A stretch of 64,000 nucleotides of DNA from Thermodesulfobacteriota bacterium (lineage in GTDB: Bacteria > Desulfobacterota > Desulfobacteria > Desulfobacterales > JARGFK01), in contig JBFLWU010000007.1 of assembly GCA_040757625.1 (NCBI GenBank), positions 1,110 through 65,109 of the forward strand, read 5' to 3'. The notes under the pieces are model-generated. The model was not told where the DNA came from, made no database searches, and worked only from the letters and a program-made list of their open reading frames with translations. Both the position numbers and the translations under genes were made by a program. Below, in pieces: positions 53,614 to 64,000 of the stretch (position 1 is its first letter; the number at the start of each line of letters is the position of its first letter).

Positions 53614-56217
53614 TTATAGCACGATATTCACCAGCTTCTTTTGCACCACAATCACTTTTTTAACAGGGGCGTTTCCGATAAATTTCTGAACCCGCTCGTC
53701 CGCCAGCGCCAGATCCTGAATGGTTTTATCATCGGCATCCGCGCCCACCTGAAAACGGGAACGCAGCTTTCCATTTATCTGGACCACGATCAGCAGTTCG
53801 TCCTTCTGCAGGGCGTCCTGCCGGTAAGCCGGCCACTGCGCCGAAAAAATGCTGGTCGGATGCCCCAGGGCCGCCCAGATTTCCTCGGTGAAATGGGGGA
53901 TAATCGGCGACAGCAGCAGGACGGTCGATTCCAGTGCGAGCCGCATGACGCTCGCTTTTTCCGGCAGATCGCCCCCTTCTTCGATGGTGTACATGGCATT
54001 GACCAGTTCCATGACCGCACTGATGGCCGTGTTGAAATGAAACCGGTCTTCAATGTCGCCGGTTACCCGTCGGATGGTTTCATGGGTCTTTTTATACAGT
54101 CCTCGCAGAGGTTCGTCCAACGCTTCCGGATTGCCGTCAAACGCCGTCCGGTCCCTGACAACATCCATCCAGGCAAAAGCCAGGCGCCAGACCCGGTTTA
54201 AAAACCGGTAGCCGCCGTCCACCCCCTGTTCGCTCCATTCCAGGTCCCTTTCCGGCGGCGCCGCGAACAGGCAGAAGAGCCGGGTGGTGTCCGCGCCGTA
54301 TTTGTCCAGCAGCTGGTTGGGATCGATGACATTTTTTTTGGACTTGGACATCTTCTCGACCCGCCCCTCGATAGCGGCTTTGCCGCATTTGCTGCAGCGG
54401 CGCTCGCTGTCGCCGCCGGAAACCTCTCCGGGAAACAGAAAGCCGTGGTCGGGACAGGCAAGGGTTTCCTTGCAGACCATCCCCTGGGTGAGCAGCCGGG
54501 TAAAGGGCTCCTTGAACCCCACCAGCCCGAAGTCATGCAACACCCGGGTATAATAGCGGGAATAAAGCAGGTGCAGGATGGCGTGTTCAACCCCGCCGAT
54601 ATACTGATCCACCGGCATCCAGTAGTCCACCGCGCTTTTGGAAAACATCCCCCGGTCATACCGCGGGCTGCAGTAGCGTTCAAAATACCAGGAGGATTCC
54701 ACAAACGTGTCCATGGTGTCGGTCTCGCGCTTCGCATCGCTGCGGCCGCATTTCGGACAGGTCGTTTTCTGAAAATGTTCCAGGGCCGGCAGGGGCGACC
54801 GGCCGCCTTCCAGCAGGCTGGCGGACTCAGGCAATACCACCGGCAGTTCGTCCTCGGGCACCGGCACAATGCCGCAATCAGGGCAATGCACGACGGGAAT
54901 CGGCGCTCCCCAGTAGCGCTGTCTGGAAATCCCCCAGTCCTTTAACCTGAAGCTGACGGTTTTTTTTCCCAGCCCGTTGGCTTCGAGGTGGGCGGCGATC
55001 TCATCAAGGGCCTGAACATTTTTCAGGCCGTCGAAGCGGCCGGAATTCACCATGACGCCCTCGCCGGCGTAGGCTTCGGTCATGGCTGCCGGATCCAGAT
55101 CCCCGCCGGGAGGCTCTACCACCACGATGATGTCGAGGCCGTATTTTTTCGCAAAATCAAAATCGCGCTGGTCATGGGCGGGCACCGACATGACCGCGCC
55201 GGTGCCGTACTCCATCAGTGCAAAATTGGCGGTATAGATCGGCATCCGTCGTCCGCTGAGCGGATTGATGCAGTAAGCGCCGGTAAACACGCCTTCCTTT
55301 TCGTAGCTTTCCACCGCTTTGCTGGAACGGTCCGACAGGGCCATGCGTTCGATAAAGGCGCCGACGGCTTCTTCCTGGGCCGTCCCCCCGGCCAGCTGCG
55401 GCACCAGGGGGTGCTCCGGCGCCAGACACATGAAGGTGGCGCCGAACACCGTATCCTGACGGGTCGTAAAAACGGAGATGGTCCGGTCCGCGCCATTGGG
55501 CGGGTTTTCAATGGGAAAACGGATTTCGGCGCCGTGGCTCTTGCCGATCCAGTTTTTCTGCATGATAATGACCTTGTCGGGCCAGCCGGGCAGTTTATCG
55601 CAATGGACCAGCAGATCATCGGCATAGTCCGTAATGCGGAAAAACCACTGCCAGAGTTTTTTCTGGCGGACGGCCCGGCCGCAGCGCCAGCACATCCCGG
55701 CTTCGACCTGCTCGTTGGCAAGCACCGTCTGGCAGGAGTCGCACCAGTTCACAAAGGATTCCTTGCGGTACGCCATCCCCTTTTCAAACATCTTCAGAAA
55801 AAGCCACTGTTCCCAGCGGTAGTACTCGGGCTTGCATGTGGCGATTTCCCGGTCCCAGTCGTAGCTGAACCCCATCCGTTTGAGCTGCGCCCGCATGGTA
55901 TCAATATTGTCATAGGTCCAGTTGGCCGGGTGGGTATTGTTGGCGATGGCCGCGTTTTCCGCGGGCATGCCGAAAGCGTCCCAACCCATGGGATGCAGCA
56001 CATTAAACCCCCGCATATGTTTATAGCGCGCCACCACATCCCCGATGGTATAGTTGCGCACGTGCCCCATGTGGATTTTTCCGGATGGATACGGAAACAT
56101 TTCAAGCAGATAATATTTTTCCCGGTCCGGATCTTCCTTGACCCGGAACAGTCCGGTTTCTTCCCAGTAAGACTGCCATTTAGACTCAACCCGTTTCGGG
56201 TCGTACTTTTCATCCAT
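53614..56217 (-). CDS. leuS: leucine--tRNA ligase
   Basis: 867 aa with class I motifs ([19 protein letters not shown]) and an editing domain. Confidence 0.97.
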   Translation of the reverse strand: MDEKYDPKRVESKWQSYWEETGLFRVKEDPDREKYYLLEMFPYPSGKIHMGHVRNYTIGDVVARYKHMRGFNVLHPMGWDAFGMPAENAAIANNTHPANWTYDNIDTMRAQLKRMGFSYDWDREIATCKPEYYRWEQWLFLKMFEKGMAYRKESFVNWCDSCQTVLANEQVEAGMCWRCGRAVRQKKLWQWFFRITDYADDLLVHCDKLPGWPDKVIIMQKNWIGKSHGAEIRFPIENPPNGADRTISVFTTRQDTVFGATFMCLAPEHPLVPQLAGGTAQEEAVGAFIERMALSDRSSKAVESYEKEGVFTGAYCINPLSGRRMPIYTANFALMEYGTGAVMSVPAHDQRDFDFAKKYGLDIIVVVEPPGGDLDPAAMTEAYAGEGVMVNSGRFDGLKNVQALDEIAAHLEANGLGKKTVSFRLKDWGISRQRYWGAPIPVVHCPDCGIVPVPEDELPVVLPESASLLEGGRSPLPALEHFQKTTCPKCGRSDAKRETDTMDTFVESSWYFERYCSPRYDRGMFSKSAVDYWMPVDQYIGGVEHAILHLLYSRYYTRVLHDFGLVGFKEPFTRLLTQGMVCKETLACPDHGFLFPGEVSGGDSERRCSKCGKAAIEGRVEKMSKSKKNVIDPNQLLDKYGADTTRLFCLFAAPPERDLEWSEQGVDGGYRFLNRVWRLAFAWMDVVRDRTAFDGNPEALDEPLRGLYKKTHETIRRVTGDIEDRFHFNTAISAVMELVNAMYTIEEGGDLPEKASVMRLALESTVLLLSPIIPHFTEEIWAALGHPTSIFSAQWPAYRQDALQKDELLIVVQINGKLRSRFQVGADADDKTIQDLALADERVQKFIGNAPVKKVIVVQKKLVNIVL

Positions 56218-56360
56218 TCCTGATGTCCTCCAGAATCATTCGCAAATTGCTTCTATAACAGAATAAAATTACATGACACAATACCATCTAAATATCAAGT
56301 CAGTAGATTGAAGGAGATTACGGATTGCGGATTGAAATCAAAAACGGCGCAGGAACAGGT

Positions 56361-56470
56361 TGGAAAAAAGTAGGGAGCAGGGAGTAAGCAGTAGGCAGTA
56401 GGCAGAAATAAATAAAGGTTGATGCTGAGGTTGAGAAAGCTTAATAGCTTAACAGCTTATCAGCTCAACA
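56361..56470 (-). repeat. RE-D word-mosaic repeat (inverted copy)
   Basis: My hand alignment of its reverse complement to 43404-43510 shows only a few mismatches or indels over about 105 bp. Confidence 0.8.
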
Positions 56471-56682
56471 GCTTTTATGCGCCGTGAGCCGTGTGCCGTG
56501 CGCCGTGAACCCTGGGCCGCAAGCCCCATTGGCCCGCGCGGTGATAACGATTAATATCTTTGGGATATTACAGCAAAAATCATTTGACTTGTATAGGCTA
56601 ATTTCATATTTAGAATCCATGCTTTCCGGGATAATAGTTCCGGAAACGAACACCATCTTCAACGTTAAAGGCTTTAAATAAA

Positions 56683-58149
56683 ATGAGTTACAAGATACTG
56701 ATCAATGCCGTTGATCCCGAAGAATGCAGGATTGCCAGTGTAAAGGAAAGCAAACTGGAGCAGTTTCATATTGAAAGCGCCGCCAGGGAAATCATTCACG
56801 GCAATATCTATAAGGGAATCATATCCCGTGTTGAACCCAGCCTTCAGGCTGCGTTTGTCGATTACGGCACCGACCGGCACGGTTTTTTGCAGCTTCACGA
56901 AATTCACAGTGACTATTTTCAGGACATTGAGTCCGGCGATCGATCGATTCAAAAAATCGTGAAACGCGGCCAGGAACTGCTGGTACAGGTCACCAAGGAT
57001 CCGGTCATGAAAAAAGGGGCGATGCTGACCACTTTCATTTCACTGCCGGGCCGTTTCGTGGTGCTGATGCCGGGCAGCAAGACCCGCGGCATCTCCCGTA
57101 AAATCGAAGACGAATCCGAGCGCAGCCGCATCAAGGAGATGATCGACCGGTTGAAGCTGCCGGAGGGATTCGGCCTGATTGTCAGAACGGCCGGATCGGA
57201 CTGCACCAAAACGCTGCTGTCGAACGATCTGCACTATCTGTTGAGGCTCTGGAAAGACATCAAAAAGAAAGGACTAAACGAAAAGGCGCCCGCGCTGCTT
57301 TACAAAGAGAGAAATCTTTCCCTGCGGTCCATCCGGGACTACTTTCATCCGGACGTCACCGAAATTCTTATTGACGATCCGGGCATTTACCAGGAAATCA
57401 GGGACTTTGTTAAGCTCATATCCCCCAAGCACACCCAGATCGTCAAGCTCTATAAAGGGGACAAGCCGATTTTCACCAAGCATCAGCTCGAAGACCAGAT
57501 CGCCTCGATTTTTGAAAGCCGGGTCCAGTTAAAATCAGGGGGTTCCATTGTGATCCAGCAAACCGAAGCGCTGGTTTCCGTGGACGTCAATTCCGGTAAA
57601 TCCACCCATCAAAAAGGTATCGAGCAGACCGCTTTTCAGACAAATCTCGAAGCTGCCGAAGAAATTGCCCGGCAATTACGCTTGAGAGACTGGGGCGGAC
57701 TGATTGTGGTGGATTTTATCGATATGCGGGATTCAAAGCATAAGGCGGAGGTTGAACGCACTTTCAAAGAGCATTTAAAGGCCGATAAGGCCCGCACCAA
57801 AATCGGCAAGATCTCCAAGTTCGGCCTTCTGGAGATGTCCCGGCAGCGCATCCGGCCGTCCATCGAATTCGGCAGCCTGGAATCCTGCCGATATTGCCTG
57901 GGCAAGGGAATGACGCCTTCCATCGAAGCCTTGAGCCTGAACTTTTTGCGCAAACTGCGTCTGGAAACGTTTAAGGATAATATTTCCAGTGTCAGAGGAA
58001 TTGTGCCAACGGAGGTCGCCGGCTACCTGCTGAATAAAAAAAGAAAGGAAATACTGGATCTGGAGATCCGTCGGGATTTGAGCATCACCATCGAATCCGA
58101 CAGCTCCATGATACCGGGCAACAGCGAAATTATCTGCCAAAACAAATAA
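56683..58149 (+). CDS. rng: ribonuclease G / RNase E-family endoribonuclease
   Basis: 488 aa with an N-terminal S1 domain (GNIYKGIISRVEPSLQAAFVDYG) and the catalytic core VSVDVNSGK...GLIVVDFIDM. Confidence 0.88.
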   Translation: MSYKILINAVDPEECRIASVKESKLEQFHIESAAREIIHGNIYKGIISRVEPSLQAAFVDYGTDRHGFLQLHEIHSDYFQDIESGDRSIQKIVKRGQELLVQVTKDPVMKKGAMLTTFISLPGRFVVLMPGSKTRGISRKIEDESERSRIKEMIDRLKLPEGFGLIVRTAGSDCTKTLLSNDLHYLLRLWKDIKKKGLNEKAPALLYKERNLSLRSIRDYFHPDVTEILIDDPGIYQEIRDFVKLISPKHTQIVKLYKGDKPIFTKHQLEDQIASIFESRVQLKSGGSIVIQQTEALVSVDVNSGKSTHQKGIEQTAFQTNLEAAEEIARQLRLRDWGGLIVVDFIDMRDSKHKAEVERTFKEHLKADKARTKIGKISKFGLLEMSRQRIRPSIEFGSLESCRYCLGKGMTPSIEALSLNFLRKLRLETFKDNISSVRGIVPTEVAGYLLNKKRKEILDLEIRRDLSITIESDSSMIPGNSEIICQNK

Positions 58150-58164
58150 TTGCGGGGGACAGCC

Positions 58165-58920
58165 ATGAAATACATCGACCGGCTTGACAAGCTTATCGGA
58201 ATGGTGGTGATTTGCGTTGTTATCATTGCGGCACTCATCATCGGCATCCGTCTATGGCTCCAGAAAAAAGAAGTCCCCGTGGCCGGTCAGCCGCCCGCAC
58301 CGGCAGCAGTTGCGCCGCAGCCCCCGGCGGTTCTGGATTATTCCCGTCTCAATAAAGATGCCGAGCTCAAGGCGCTGATGCAGCAGCGCAAGGAAGCTTA
58401 CGGCATCAATAAGGGGCTGGACATGATTGCAAAGCCGGATGAATCGATTAAAATCGGCGATTCAACCGTTCCCATGCAGGAAATCGCGGACAAGATCAAA
58501 CTCGAACAGGGTAAAATCGTTGAAAAAGCAATCGACCGGCCCTCCGCAACCCCAATTGAAGATGCCTATGGAATTCATATTGTTCAGCCGGGCGACAATA
58601 TCTGGAACATTCACTTTCAGTTTCTGAAGGACTACTTCGATCGCAGGGGAATCGCCCTGTCGCCCCTGGCGGATGAACCCGATCGCAAGGGTCTCAGCTC
58701 CGGCGTGGGGAAACTCTTGAAATTTTCCGAAAACGTGGTCTACATCTATAATGTCCGGGAGCGCAAAATCGACGTTGACATCAACCTGATTCATCCCCTG
58801 AGCAAAATCGTCGTCTTTAAAATGAAACAGGTTTTCGCGCTGCTGGACGGGATCGATTACGAACGTGTCAACCGGATACAGTTTGACGGGGAAACACTCT
58901 GGATCCCGGCGAATCAATAG
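58165..58920 (+). CDS. membrane-anchored protein with LysM-like motif
   Basis: ATG at 58165 (MKYIDRLDKL), one TM helix, a Pro/Ala linker and YGIHIVQPGDNIWNIHFQFL (LysM-like). Confidence 0.5.
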   Translation: MKYIDRLDKLIGMVVICVVIIAALIIGIRLWLQKKEVPVAGQPPAPAAVAPQPPAVLDYSRLNKDAELKALMQQRKEAYGINKGLDMIAKPDESIKIGDSTVPMQEIADKIKLEQGKIVEKAIDRPSATPIEDAYGIHIVQPGDNIWNIHFQFLKDYFDRRGIALSPLADEPDRKGLSSGVGKLLKFSENVVYIYNVRERKIDVDINLIHPLSKIVVFKMKQVFALLDGIDYERVNRIQFDGETLWIPANQ

Positions 58921-59257
58921 ACCGGCGACCTGTCGGGGATCGGGGGATGAAGCCGGAGGCAGGCAAGAGAAAGAAAAAGGTTGAGGTTGAGACGGCACGC
59001 GGCTCACGGAGTAAGAGAAGGCTGAGGTTGAGGTTGATAAAGCTTAACAGCTCAATTGCTTTTTCTCAGTCCTCAGTTCTTTGAACTGGCTCTTTTTCAG
59101 TTCAACAGCTTCTCGGCCTTGACCTGTTTTTTGCCGTGCACCTGCGCCGTCTGCCGTGCGCCGTTTTAGTAACGGGCTGAAAACTGCAGGTATAATGGCC
59201 GTCAAAACAAAATATTTGACGTCCGTCGACATTTAAAGTATATCGTACCATTTTTAA

Positions 59258-59929
59258 ATGAGTTTTTTGAGCGTGAAACCAAAATTACCGGTGAAAATCG
59301 CGTGTTTCATAACCCTGCTGCTCTTGACGACCGGGTATGGATGCCGCTCCCTGCAGAACCTGGAGCAGGTTTATGATTCACAGGACCCTTATCTGGGCAG
59401 TCCTTACCCGGAAGCTTTGGACGGCTGGACCCGAAAGTGCCGGATCTACATGGGCGGGCTTGATCTGGAACTGGTTGCCGCGGCGACATTCAAGTCGCAC
59501 GCCTTCAGAGAGGCTTATACCGCCGAATATGCCCGCGCTTACAAACTCAGCCGGGCGGAACAGGAAAAAATGCTGGCGGATCAAACCGAAGCGGCAAACA
59601 TGTACAACGATTTTGTCGTTTCGGCTTATATCCCGGATAAGCGCTGGAACGACTTCGATACGAAGGAAACCATCTGGAAAGTGTATCTGAGCCGAGGCGA
59701 TGAGGTCCAAATCAAACCGGTGGAAGTTCGCCGGATCAAACCGGTGAATGCGGTCCTCACCCACTTTTTCCCCTACATCTCTCCGTGGGATGTGGTGTAT
59801 CTGCTCCGGTTTCCGGTTCTTGTGCCCGGGACAAATGATCCTGTCCCTGAAGGCGCTGCCGGGCCCGTCAAACTGCTGATAACCAGCGTGCGCGGGTCGG
59901 CGGAACTGTTCTGGGGCGAAAGGCCTTAG
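59258..59929 (+). CDS. lipoprotein of unknown function
   Basis: 223 aa with a signal peptide ending ...LLLLTTGYGC. Confidence 0.5.
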   Translation: MSFLSVKPKLPVKIACFITLLLLTTGYGCRSLQNLEQVYDSQDPYLGSPYPEALDGWTRKCRIYMGGLDLELVAAATFKSHAFREAYTAEYARAYKLSRAEQEKMLADQTEAANMYNDFVVSAYIPDKRWNDFDTKETIWKVYLSRGDEVQIKPVEVRRIKPVNAVLTHFFPYISPWDVVYLLRFPVLVPGTNDPVPEGAAGPVKLLITSVRGSAELFWGERP

Positions 59930-60015
59930 GTGTGGGAAGGTTTCACAGAGGGGCAAGACAGACCCTTTTGGTTGGATTATCATAAATTTTATTTTAAAGG
60001 ACAGGAGGTTATATT

Positions 60016-60381
60016 TTGACAGGAATCGCATACGCATTGGGTCAAGGTGGCGCCGCCGGCGGTCAGGGCGGTGGGTTTTCAGCTTTCATTCCGCTGATTC
60101 TGATGTTCGCCATATTTTACTTTCTGCTGATTCGACCCCAGCAGAAAAAGACAAAACAGCATCGCGAAATGATCGGCAACCTTAAAAAGGGAGACCGTAT
60201 TATTACCAGCGGCGGCCTTCACGGCCGCATCACCGGGACCTCCGACACGACCCTGACGGTGGAAATAGCCGAAAAAGTCCGCGTGAAAGTCAATCGCGCC
60301 AATGTGATGGCGCTGACACAGACGAGCGCGCAGCCGGCAGCCCCGAAAGAAGAGAAGCCCGAATCGGAAAAGACGAAATAA
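60016..60381 (+). CDS. yajC: preprotein translocase subunit YajC
   Basis: IRPQQKKTKQHREMIGNLKKGDRIITSGGLHGRI. TTG start with a GGAGG Shine-Dalgarno sequence about 7 nt upstream. Confidence 0.88.
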   Translation: MTGIAYALGQGGAAGGQGGGFSAFIPLILMFAIFYFLLIRPQQKKTKQHREMIGNLKKGDRIITSGGLHGRITGTSDTTLTVEIAEKVRVKVNRANVMALTQTSAQPAAPKEEKPESEKTK

Positions 60382-60471
60382 GCGTCGGAAGCCCCATGCA
60401 GCCGGTTGATTTTATTATCAATCAGATCCTCGCCGTCCCGGGGCTTTTATATATCAGAAAGGAACCGATCA

Positions 60472-62049
60472 TTGAAAAATATTTCGTGGAGAACGGTTTT
60501 AGTTCTCATCATCACCGTTGTTGCCGTTGTCTATACCCTGCCGACATTTAAGCCGGCTCTGTGGCCTCACAAAAAAATCAATCTGGGCCTGGATCTGCAG
60601 GGGGGCATGCACCTGGTTTTAGAGGTGGACACCATCAAAGCGGTGGAAAGCACCGTCGAGCGCATCGCCCAGGAGCTTCGCACCCGTCTCAGGGAAGAAC
60701 GCATTCACGCTGCGACGCTGGATCGGATCGGCGGCGTCAAGATCTCCGTTAAAATCAGCGGCCAGGACAATATTGAAAAGTTTCAGAAGCTGCTGGACAA
60801 GGATTTCAAGGATCTGCGCATCCTTTCTAAAACGGCCCAGGGCGATGGTCTGGACCTGGTTTTGGATCTTCCCAAAAAAGAGACCGACGCCATCCAGCGA
60901 CTGGCGGCCGAACAGGCCCTTGAAACCATCCGCAACCGCATCGATCAGTTCGGCGTCAGCGAACCCGATATCCGCAACCAGGGGGAAAATCGGATTCTGA
61001 TCCAGCTTCCCGGCATCCGGGACACCCAGCGGGCCAAGGAGCTTATCGGCAAAACCGCCCTGCTCGAGTTCAAACTCCTGGATGAAGGCCATGATGTCGA
61101 GGCTGCCTTAAAGGGGGATGTTCCTCCGGGGAGCGAGGTACTCTATCAGATCACGACCGACAAGGAGACCCGGCGGGAGATTAAAACACCTTACCTGATA
61201 AAAAAGCGAACCCTGCTGACCGGCTCCTATCTGACCGACGCCAAGGTGCAGATCGATTCCCAGTTCAATGAACCGTATGTCTCCATCGACTTCGACAAAA
61301 AAGGCGCCCGGATTTTCGAAAGAATCACCGAAGAAAATGTCAAACAGCGTCTGGCCATCATATTGGACAACAAGGTATACTCGGCTCCGGTCATTCAGGA
61401 AAAAATCAGCGGCGGCGCCGCCCGGATTACCGGCAACTTTACCGCCGAATCCGCCCGGGACCTGGCCATCGTCCTGAGGGCCGGCGCGCTGCCGGCGCCG
61501 GTAAACATCATCGAGGAGAGAACCGTCGGTCCTTCCCTCGGCACTGATTCCATCCGCAAGGGACTGATCGCCATGCTGATCGGCGGTCTGGTGGTGGTTC
61601 TTTTCATGGCGATTTACTACAAGGGCGCCGGCCTGATTGCCGATCTCGCCCTGCTGCTCAACATCCTGCTGATTGCCGGCGGGCTGGCCGCCTTTCAGGC
61701 CACGCTGACCCTGCCGGGCATGGCGGGCATCATCCTTACCATCGGCATGGCCGTGGATGCCAATGTGCTCATATTTGAACGCATTCGCGAAGAACTCGCT
61801 CTCGGCAAGACAGTGCGCACTGCGCTGGATGCGGGCTTTGACCGGGCCGCCCTGACGATTCTGGACGCCAATATCACCACCTTGATCGCCGCCCTGGTGC
61901 TGTTTCAGTTCGGCACCGGCCCGGTCAAGGGATTTGCCGTGACCCTCAGTCTGGGCGTGGTGTCAAGCGTTTTTACGGCGCTGGTCGTGTCCCGGCTGAT
62001 ATTTGACTATTTACTGATGAATCGAAAAGTCCATCAGTTAAGCATCTAA
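60472..62049 (+). CDS. secD: protein translocase subunit SecD
   Basis: The preferred TTG start at 60472 gives MKNISWRTVLVLIITVV. GLDLQGG and LGVVSSVFTALVVSR are present. The track start at 60406 is less likely. Confidence 0.92.
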   Translation: MKNISWRTVLVLIITVVAVVYTLPTFKPALWPHKKINLGLDLQGGMHLVLEVDTIKAVESTVERIAQELRTRLREERIHAATLDRIGGVKISVKISGQDNIEKFQKLLDKDFKDLRILSKTAQGDGLDLVLDLPKKETDAIQRLAAEQALETIRNRIDQFGVSEPDIRNQGENRILIQLPGIRDTQRAKELIGKTALLEFKLLDEGHDVEAALKGDVPPGSEVLYQITTDKETRREIKTPYLIKKRTLLTGSYLTDAKVQIDSQFNEPYVSIDFDKKGARIFERITEENVKQRLAIILDNKVYSAPVIQEKISGGAARITGNFTAESARDLAIVLRAGALPAPVNIIEERTVGPSLGTDSIRKGLIAMLIGGLVVVLFMAIYYKGAGLIADLALLLNILLIAGGLAAFQATLTLPGMAGIILTIGMAVDANVLIFERIREELALGKTVRTALDAGFDRAALTILDANITTLIAALVLFQFGTGPVKGFAVTLSLGVVSSVFTALVVSRLIFDYLLMNRKVHQLSI

Positions 62050-62102
62050 ATATTTCCCAAACATTTTCAAGTTTGCGAAAACATCAATTAAGGATTGAAT
62101 GC

Positions 62103-63143
62103 ATGCAGTTTATCAAATCTGACATCAACATCGACTTCGTCGGCAAAAGAACAATCGCCTACGGCCTGTCCCTGACGCTGATCCTGATCAGCATCGTCTC
62201 ACTGGTCCTGCACGGCGGTCCCAAGTTCGGCATTGATTTTGCCGGCGGCACGGTTATACAGGTTAAGTTTCAGTCACCGGTTCAAATCAAGGACATCAAA
62301 TCGGGCCTTGACAATATCGGCATCGGCACACCGTCGGTCCAGTCTTTTGGTGTTAAGCAGGACAATGAATATCTGGTTCGCACCGATCTGTCGGTGGCGA
62401 CAGACGAGGCGTTTTCCAATAAGGTTCAGAAAGTCCTAACGGACGCTACCGGCACCGCCGCCGAAATCCGTCGGGTGGAAATGGTGGGACCCCAGGTGGG
62501 CAAAGACCTTCGCCAGAAAGCGCTTTTTGCCATATTCTATGCGCTGCTGTTCATTGCAATCTATATCTCCGGCCGGTTTGAGTTCAAATGGATCCTCACC
62601 GGCATCATGGCCGCCGGCATAATGGGAGCGGTTTATTTTCTGTCCCTGTTCAAAGTCAGCACGCCGTTCCTCATCATCGCGGCCCTGGTGGTAACGCTCT
62701 TTTTCTTCTGGCTCTTTAATCTTAAATACGCCATGGGCGCCATCGTGGCCCTGATCCACGACGTCCTCATCACCGTCGGCATATTTTCAGTCACCGACAA
62801 GGAGTTTACCCTGCCGATTGTCGCGGCCGTTCTGACCATTATCGGTTATTCGCTGAACGACACCATTATCGTTTTTGACCGCATCCGTGAAAATTTAAGA
62901 AAACACAGCAAGAGCTCCATGCCTTTTATCATTAACCGCAGTGTCAATGAAACGCTCAGCCGGACCATCCTGACGTCTTTAACCACGCTGTTTGTCGTGA
63001 TTGCCCTGCTCGTATTGGGCGGCGGCATTATTCATGATTTTGCGTTCGCCATGACGGTCGGCATCGTGGTGGGGACCTACTCTTCGGTTTATGTGGCCAG
63101 CCCCATACTGATTGCCTGGCAGGAACGCACCAAAAAAAGATAA
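62103..63143 (+). CDS. secF: protein translocase subunit SecF
   Basis: ATG at 62103 (MQFIKSDINIDFVGKR), GIDFAGGT and YSLNDTIIVFDRIRE. Confidence 0.92.
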   Translation: MQFIKSDINIDFVGKRTIAYGLSLTLILISIVSLVLHGGPKFGIDFAGGTVIQVKFQSPVQIKDIKSGLDNIGIGTPSVQSFGVKQDNEYLVRTDLSVATDEAFSNKVQKVLTDATGTAAEIRRVEMVGPQVGKDLRQKALFAIFYALLFIAIYISGRFEFKWILTGIMAAGIMGAVYFLSLFKVSTPFLIIAALVVTLFFFWLFNLKYAMGAIVALIHDVLITVGIFSVTDKEFTLPIVAAVLTIIGYSLNDTIIVFDRIRENLRKHSKSSMPFIINRSVNETLSRTILTSLTTLFVVIALLVLGGGIIHDFAFAMTVGIVVGTYSSVYVASPILIAWQERTKKR

Positions 63144-63187
63144 TCCGTGAAATATCTACAACTGAGTTCCGGGCGAATAATTTTTTC

Positions 63188-64000
63188 ATGATGCATCAAC
63201 CCGAAAAAGTTCTGCCGTGGTTTGCACTCAAGAGTGTTGCGGGAATCGGAAACCTTATATGCAAGCGGCTGATCGACCGTTTCGGTTCACCCCAGCGGGT
63301 ATTTGAGGCGACATCGGAAGAATTGTTGCAGGTGGACGGCATGTCGCCCCGCTTGGTCCGGACCCTCCGGAGGCATAGACTGCCGGATTCGGCCCGGCGG
63401 GATCTTGATCTGGCGGAGGAAAAAGGCTTCAGCATCGTCACCCTGACCGACAGCGGCTATCCCCGCCTGCTGCGCGAAATCCCGGACCCGCCCCCTTTCC
63501 TGTTCGTCCTCGGCAGCCTGAAAGACGAACCCAAGCCCCTGGCTGTGGTCGGGTCCAGAAACGCCACTGTCTACGGGATATCCATCACCCAGCAGCTGTG
63601 CGCCGACCTGGCGTCGTTGGGGTTTAGCATTGTCAGCGGCATGGCCAAGGGGATTGACACGGCGGCGCATGAAGGCGCCCTGATGGGCGCAGGCAGAACC
63701 ATCGCGGTCCTGGGAAGCGGGCTTGAAAACATATACCCGCCTGAAAATCGAAAACTGGCCGACCGCATTGCCCAAAACGGTGCGGTCGTTTCGGAATTTT
63801 CTCCCCTGGCGGAGCCGGACGCACATCACTTTCCCGTGCGCAACCGGATTATCAGCGGAATCGCCTACGGCACGGTTATCGTGGAAGCGACCCGCAGAAG
63901 CGGATCGCTGATAACGGCGCGCCTAGCGGCCGAACAGGGCCGAGACGTATTTGCCGTGCCCGGAAGCATCCAGTCCTTTAAAAGCACCGGCACCCATGCA
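63188..64000 (+). CDS. dprA: DNA-processing protein DprA (3'-truncated by window end)
   Basis: My own translation gives MMHQPEKVLPWFALKSVAGIGN...AVVGSRNATVYG...GMAKGIDTAAHEGAL...FPVRNRIISG. There is no stop before 64000. This ORF is absent from the ORF track. Confidence 0.85.
   Translation, partial: MMHQPEKVLPWFALKSVAGIGNLICKRLIDRFGSPQRVFEATSEELLQVDGMSPRLVRTLRRHRLPDSARRDLDLAEEKGFSIVTLTDSGYPRLLREIPDPPPFLFVLGSLKDEPKPLAVVGSRNATVYGISITQQLCADLASLGFSIVSGMAKGIDTAAHEGALMGAGRTIAVLGSGLENIYPPENRKLADRIAQNGAVVSEFSPLAEPDAHHFPVRNRIISGIAYGTVIVEATRRSGSLITARLAAEQGRDVFAVPGSIQSFKSTGTHA

Noticed and set aside
54988-56223. Long plus-strand ORFs antisense to GC-rich minus-strand genes: 54988-56223 (411 aa), 47455-48690 (411 aa), 36218-37486 (422 aa), 36844-37860, 33303-34187, 1698-2429, 51322-52104 and 39466-40182.
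   Set aside because: Each lies opposite a gene with unmistakable family motifs (leuS, coaBC, argD/argB, argF, the ligase, murJ, hslV). Their translations are Arg/Gly/Pro/His-rich low-complexity strings typical of mirror-frame ORFs in high-GC DNA.
56584-56616. A sigma-70 promoter for rng (TTGACT at 56584-56589 with TATTTA or TAGAAT downstream), and a similar TTGACA at 52156-52161 upstream of rpsT.
   Set aside because: With a 17-nt spacer the -10 candidates match TATAAT at only 2-3 of 6 positions. The better TAGAAT needs a 21-nt spacer. This is too weak to annotate without transcription start data.
1-64000. A prophage, IS element or classical transposon content.
   Set aside because: No transposase, phage structural or integrase-type ORFs are present other than the housekeeping-context xerC. 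The only candidate mobile DNA is the structured repeat families described in the findings.

Overview
This is a 64-kb chromosomal window from a Gram-negative bacterium, judged from LptE, MurJ, SecDF/YajC and O-antigen-type genes. The protein sequences give a deltaproteobacterial, sulfate-reducer-like impression, but I cannot verify that. I made all calls by eye from the ORF track and the sequence, with no searches run.

The window has three parts.

1. 1-5.3 kb is GC-rich. It holds a four-helix-bundle (23S rRNA IVS-protein family) gene, an O-antigen-ligase-like/TPR membrane protein, one intact GxxExxY (PD-(D/E)XK) gene plus one truncated copy, and a DUF218/YdcF gene. All of these are separated by dense structured repeats.

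2. 5.3-31.5 kb is a visibly lower-GC glycan (O-antigen/EPS-type) island of about 26 kb, entirely on the minus strand.
- Core machinery: a WecA-like initiating transferase, about 9 glycosyltransferases, Wzx, a Wzy-like polymerase and WecB.
- A CDP-hexose module: RfbF, RfbG, a C-methyltransferase, a DegT aminotransferase and a GNAT.
- Decorating enzymes: a carbamoyltransferase, a hexapeptide acetyltransferase and 5 further SAM methyltransferases.

3. 32.4-64 kb is housekeeping: a MarR-type EPS regulator, argF, argD, argB, hslUV, xerC, an SPFH/NfeD pair, UDG family 4, coaBC, ftsB, murJ, rpsT, lptE, leuS, rng, yajC-secDF and a partial dprA.

The most unusual content is non-coding. Two related families of structured dispersed elements are present.
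- RE-A has CACAGAGG-octamer termini plus 12-14 bp hairpins with a constant GAGATG loop.
- RE-B has CGCAGAGG/CGCAAAGG termini plus two hairpins with TGAGAGG and CCTCTCA loops.
- Stem sequences differ between copies while pairing and loops are kept.

One RE-B copy (34863-35435) has perfect 14-bp inverted termini and carries a GxxExxY nuclease-fold gene as its only cargo. About 9 gene-less copies sit in the intergenic spacers of conserved operons, all in one orientation. Mosaic arrays of 6-8 bp 'words' fill most remaining spacers and often form long imperfect palindromes. I found no tRNA, rRNA, CRISPR array, transposase or integrase-type mobile-element gene.
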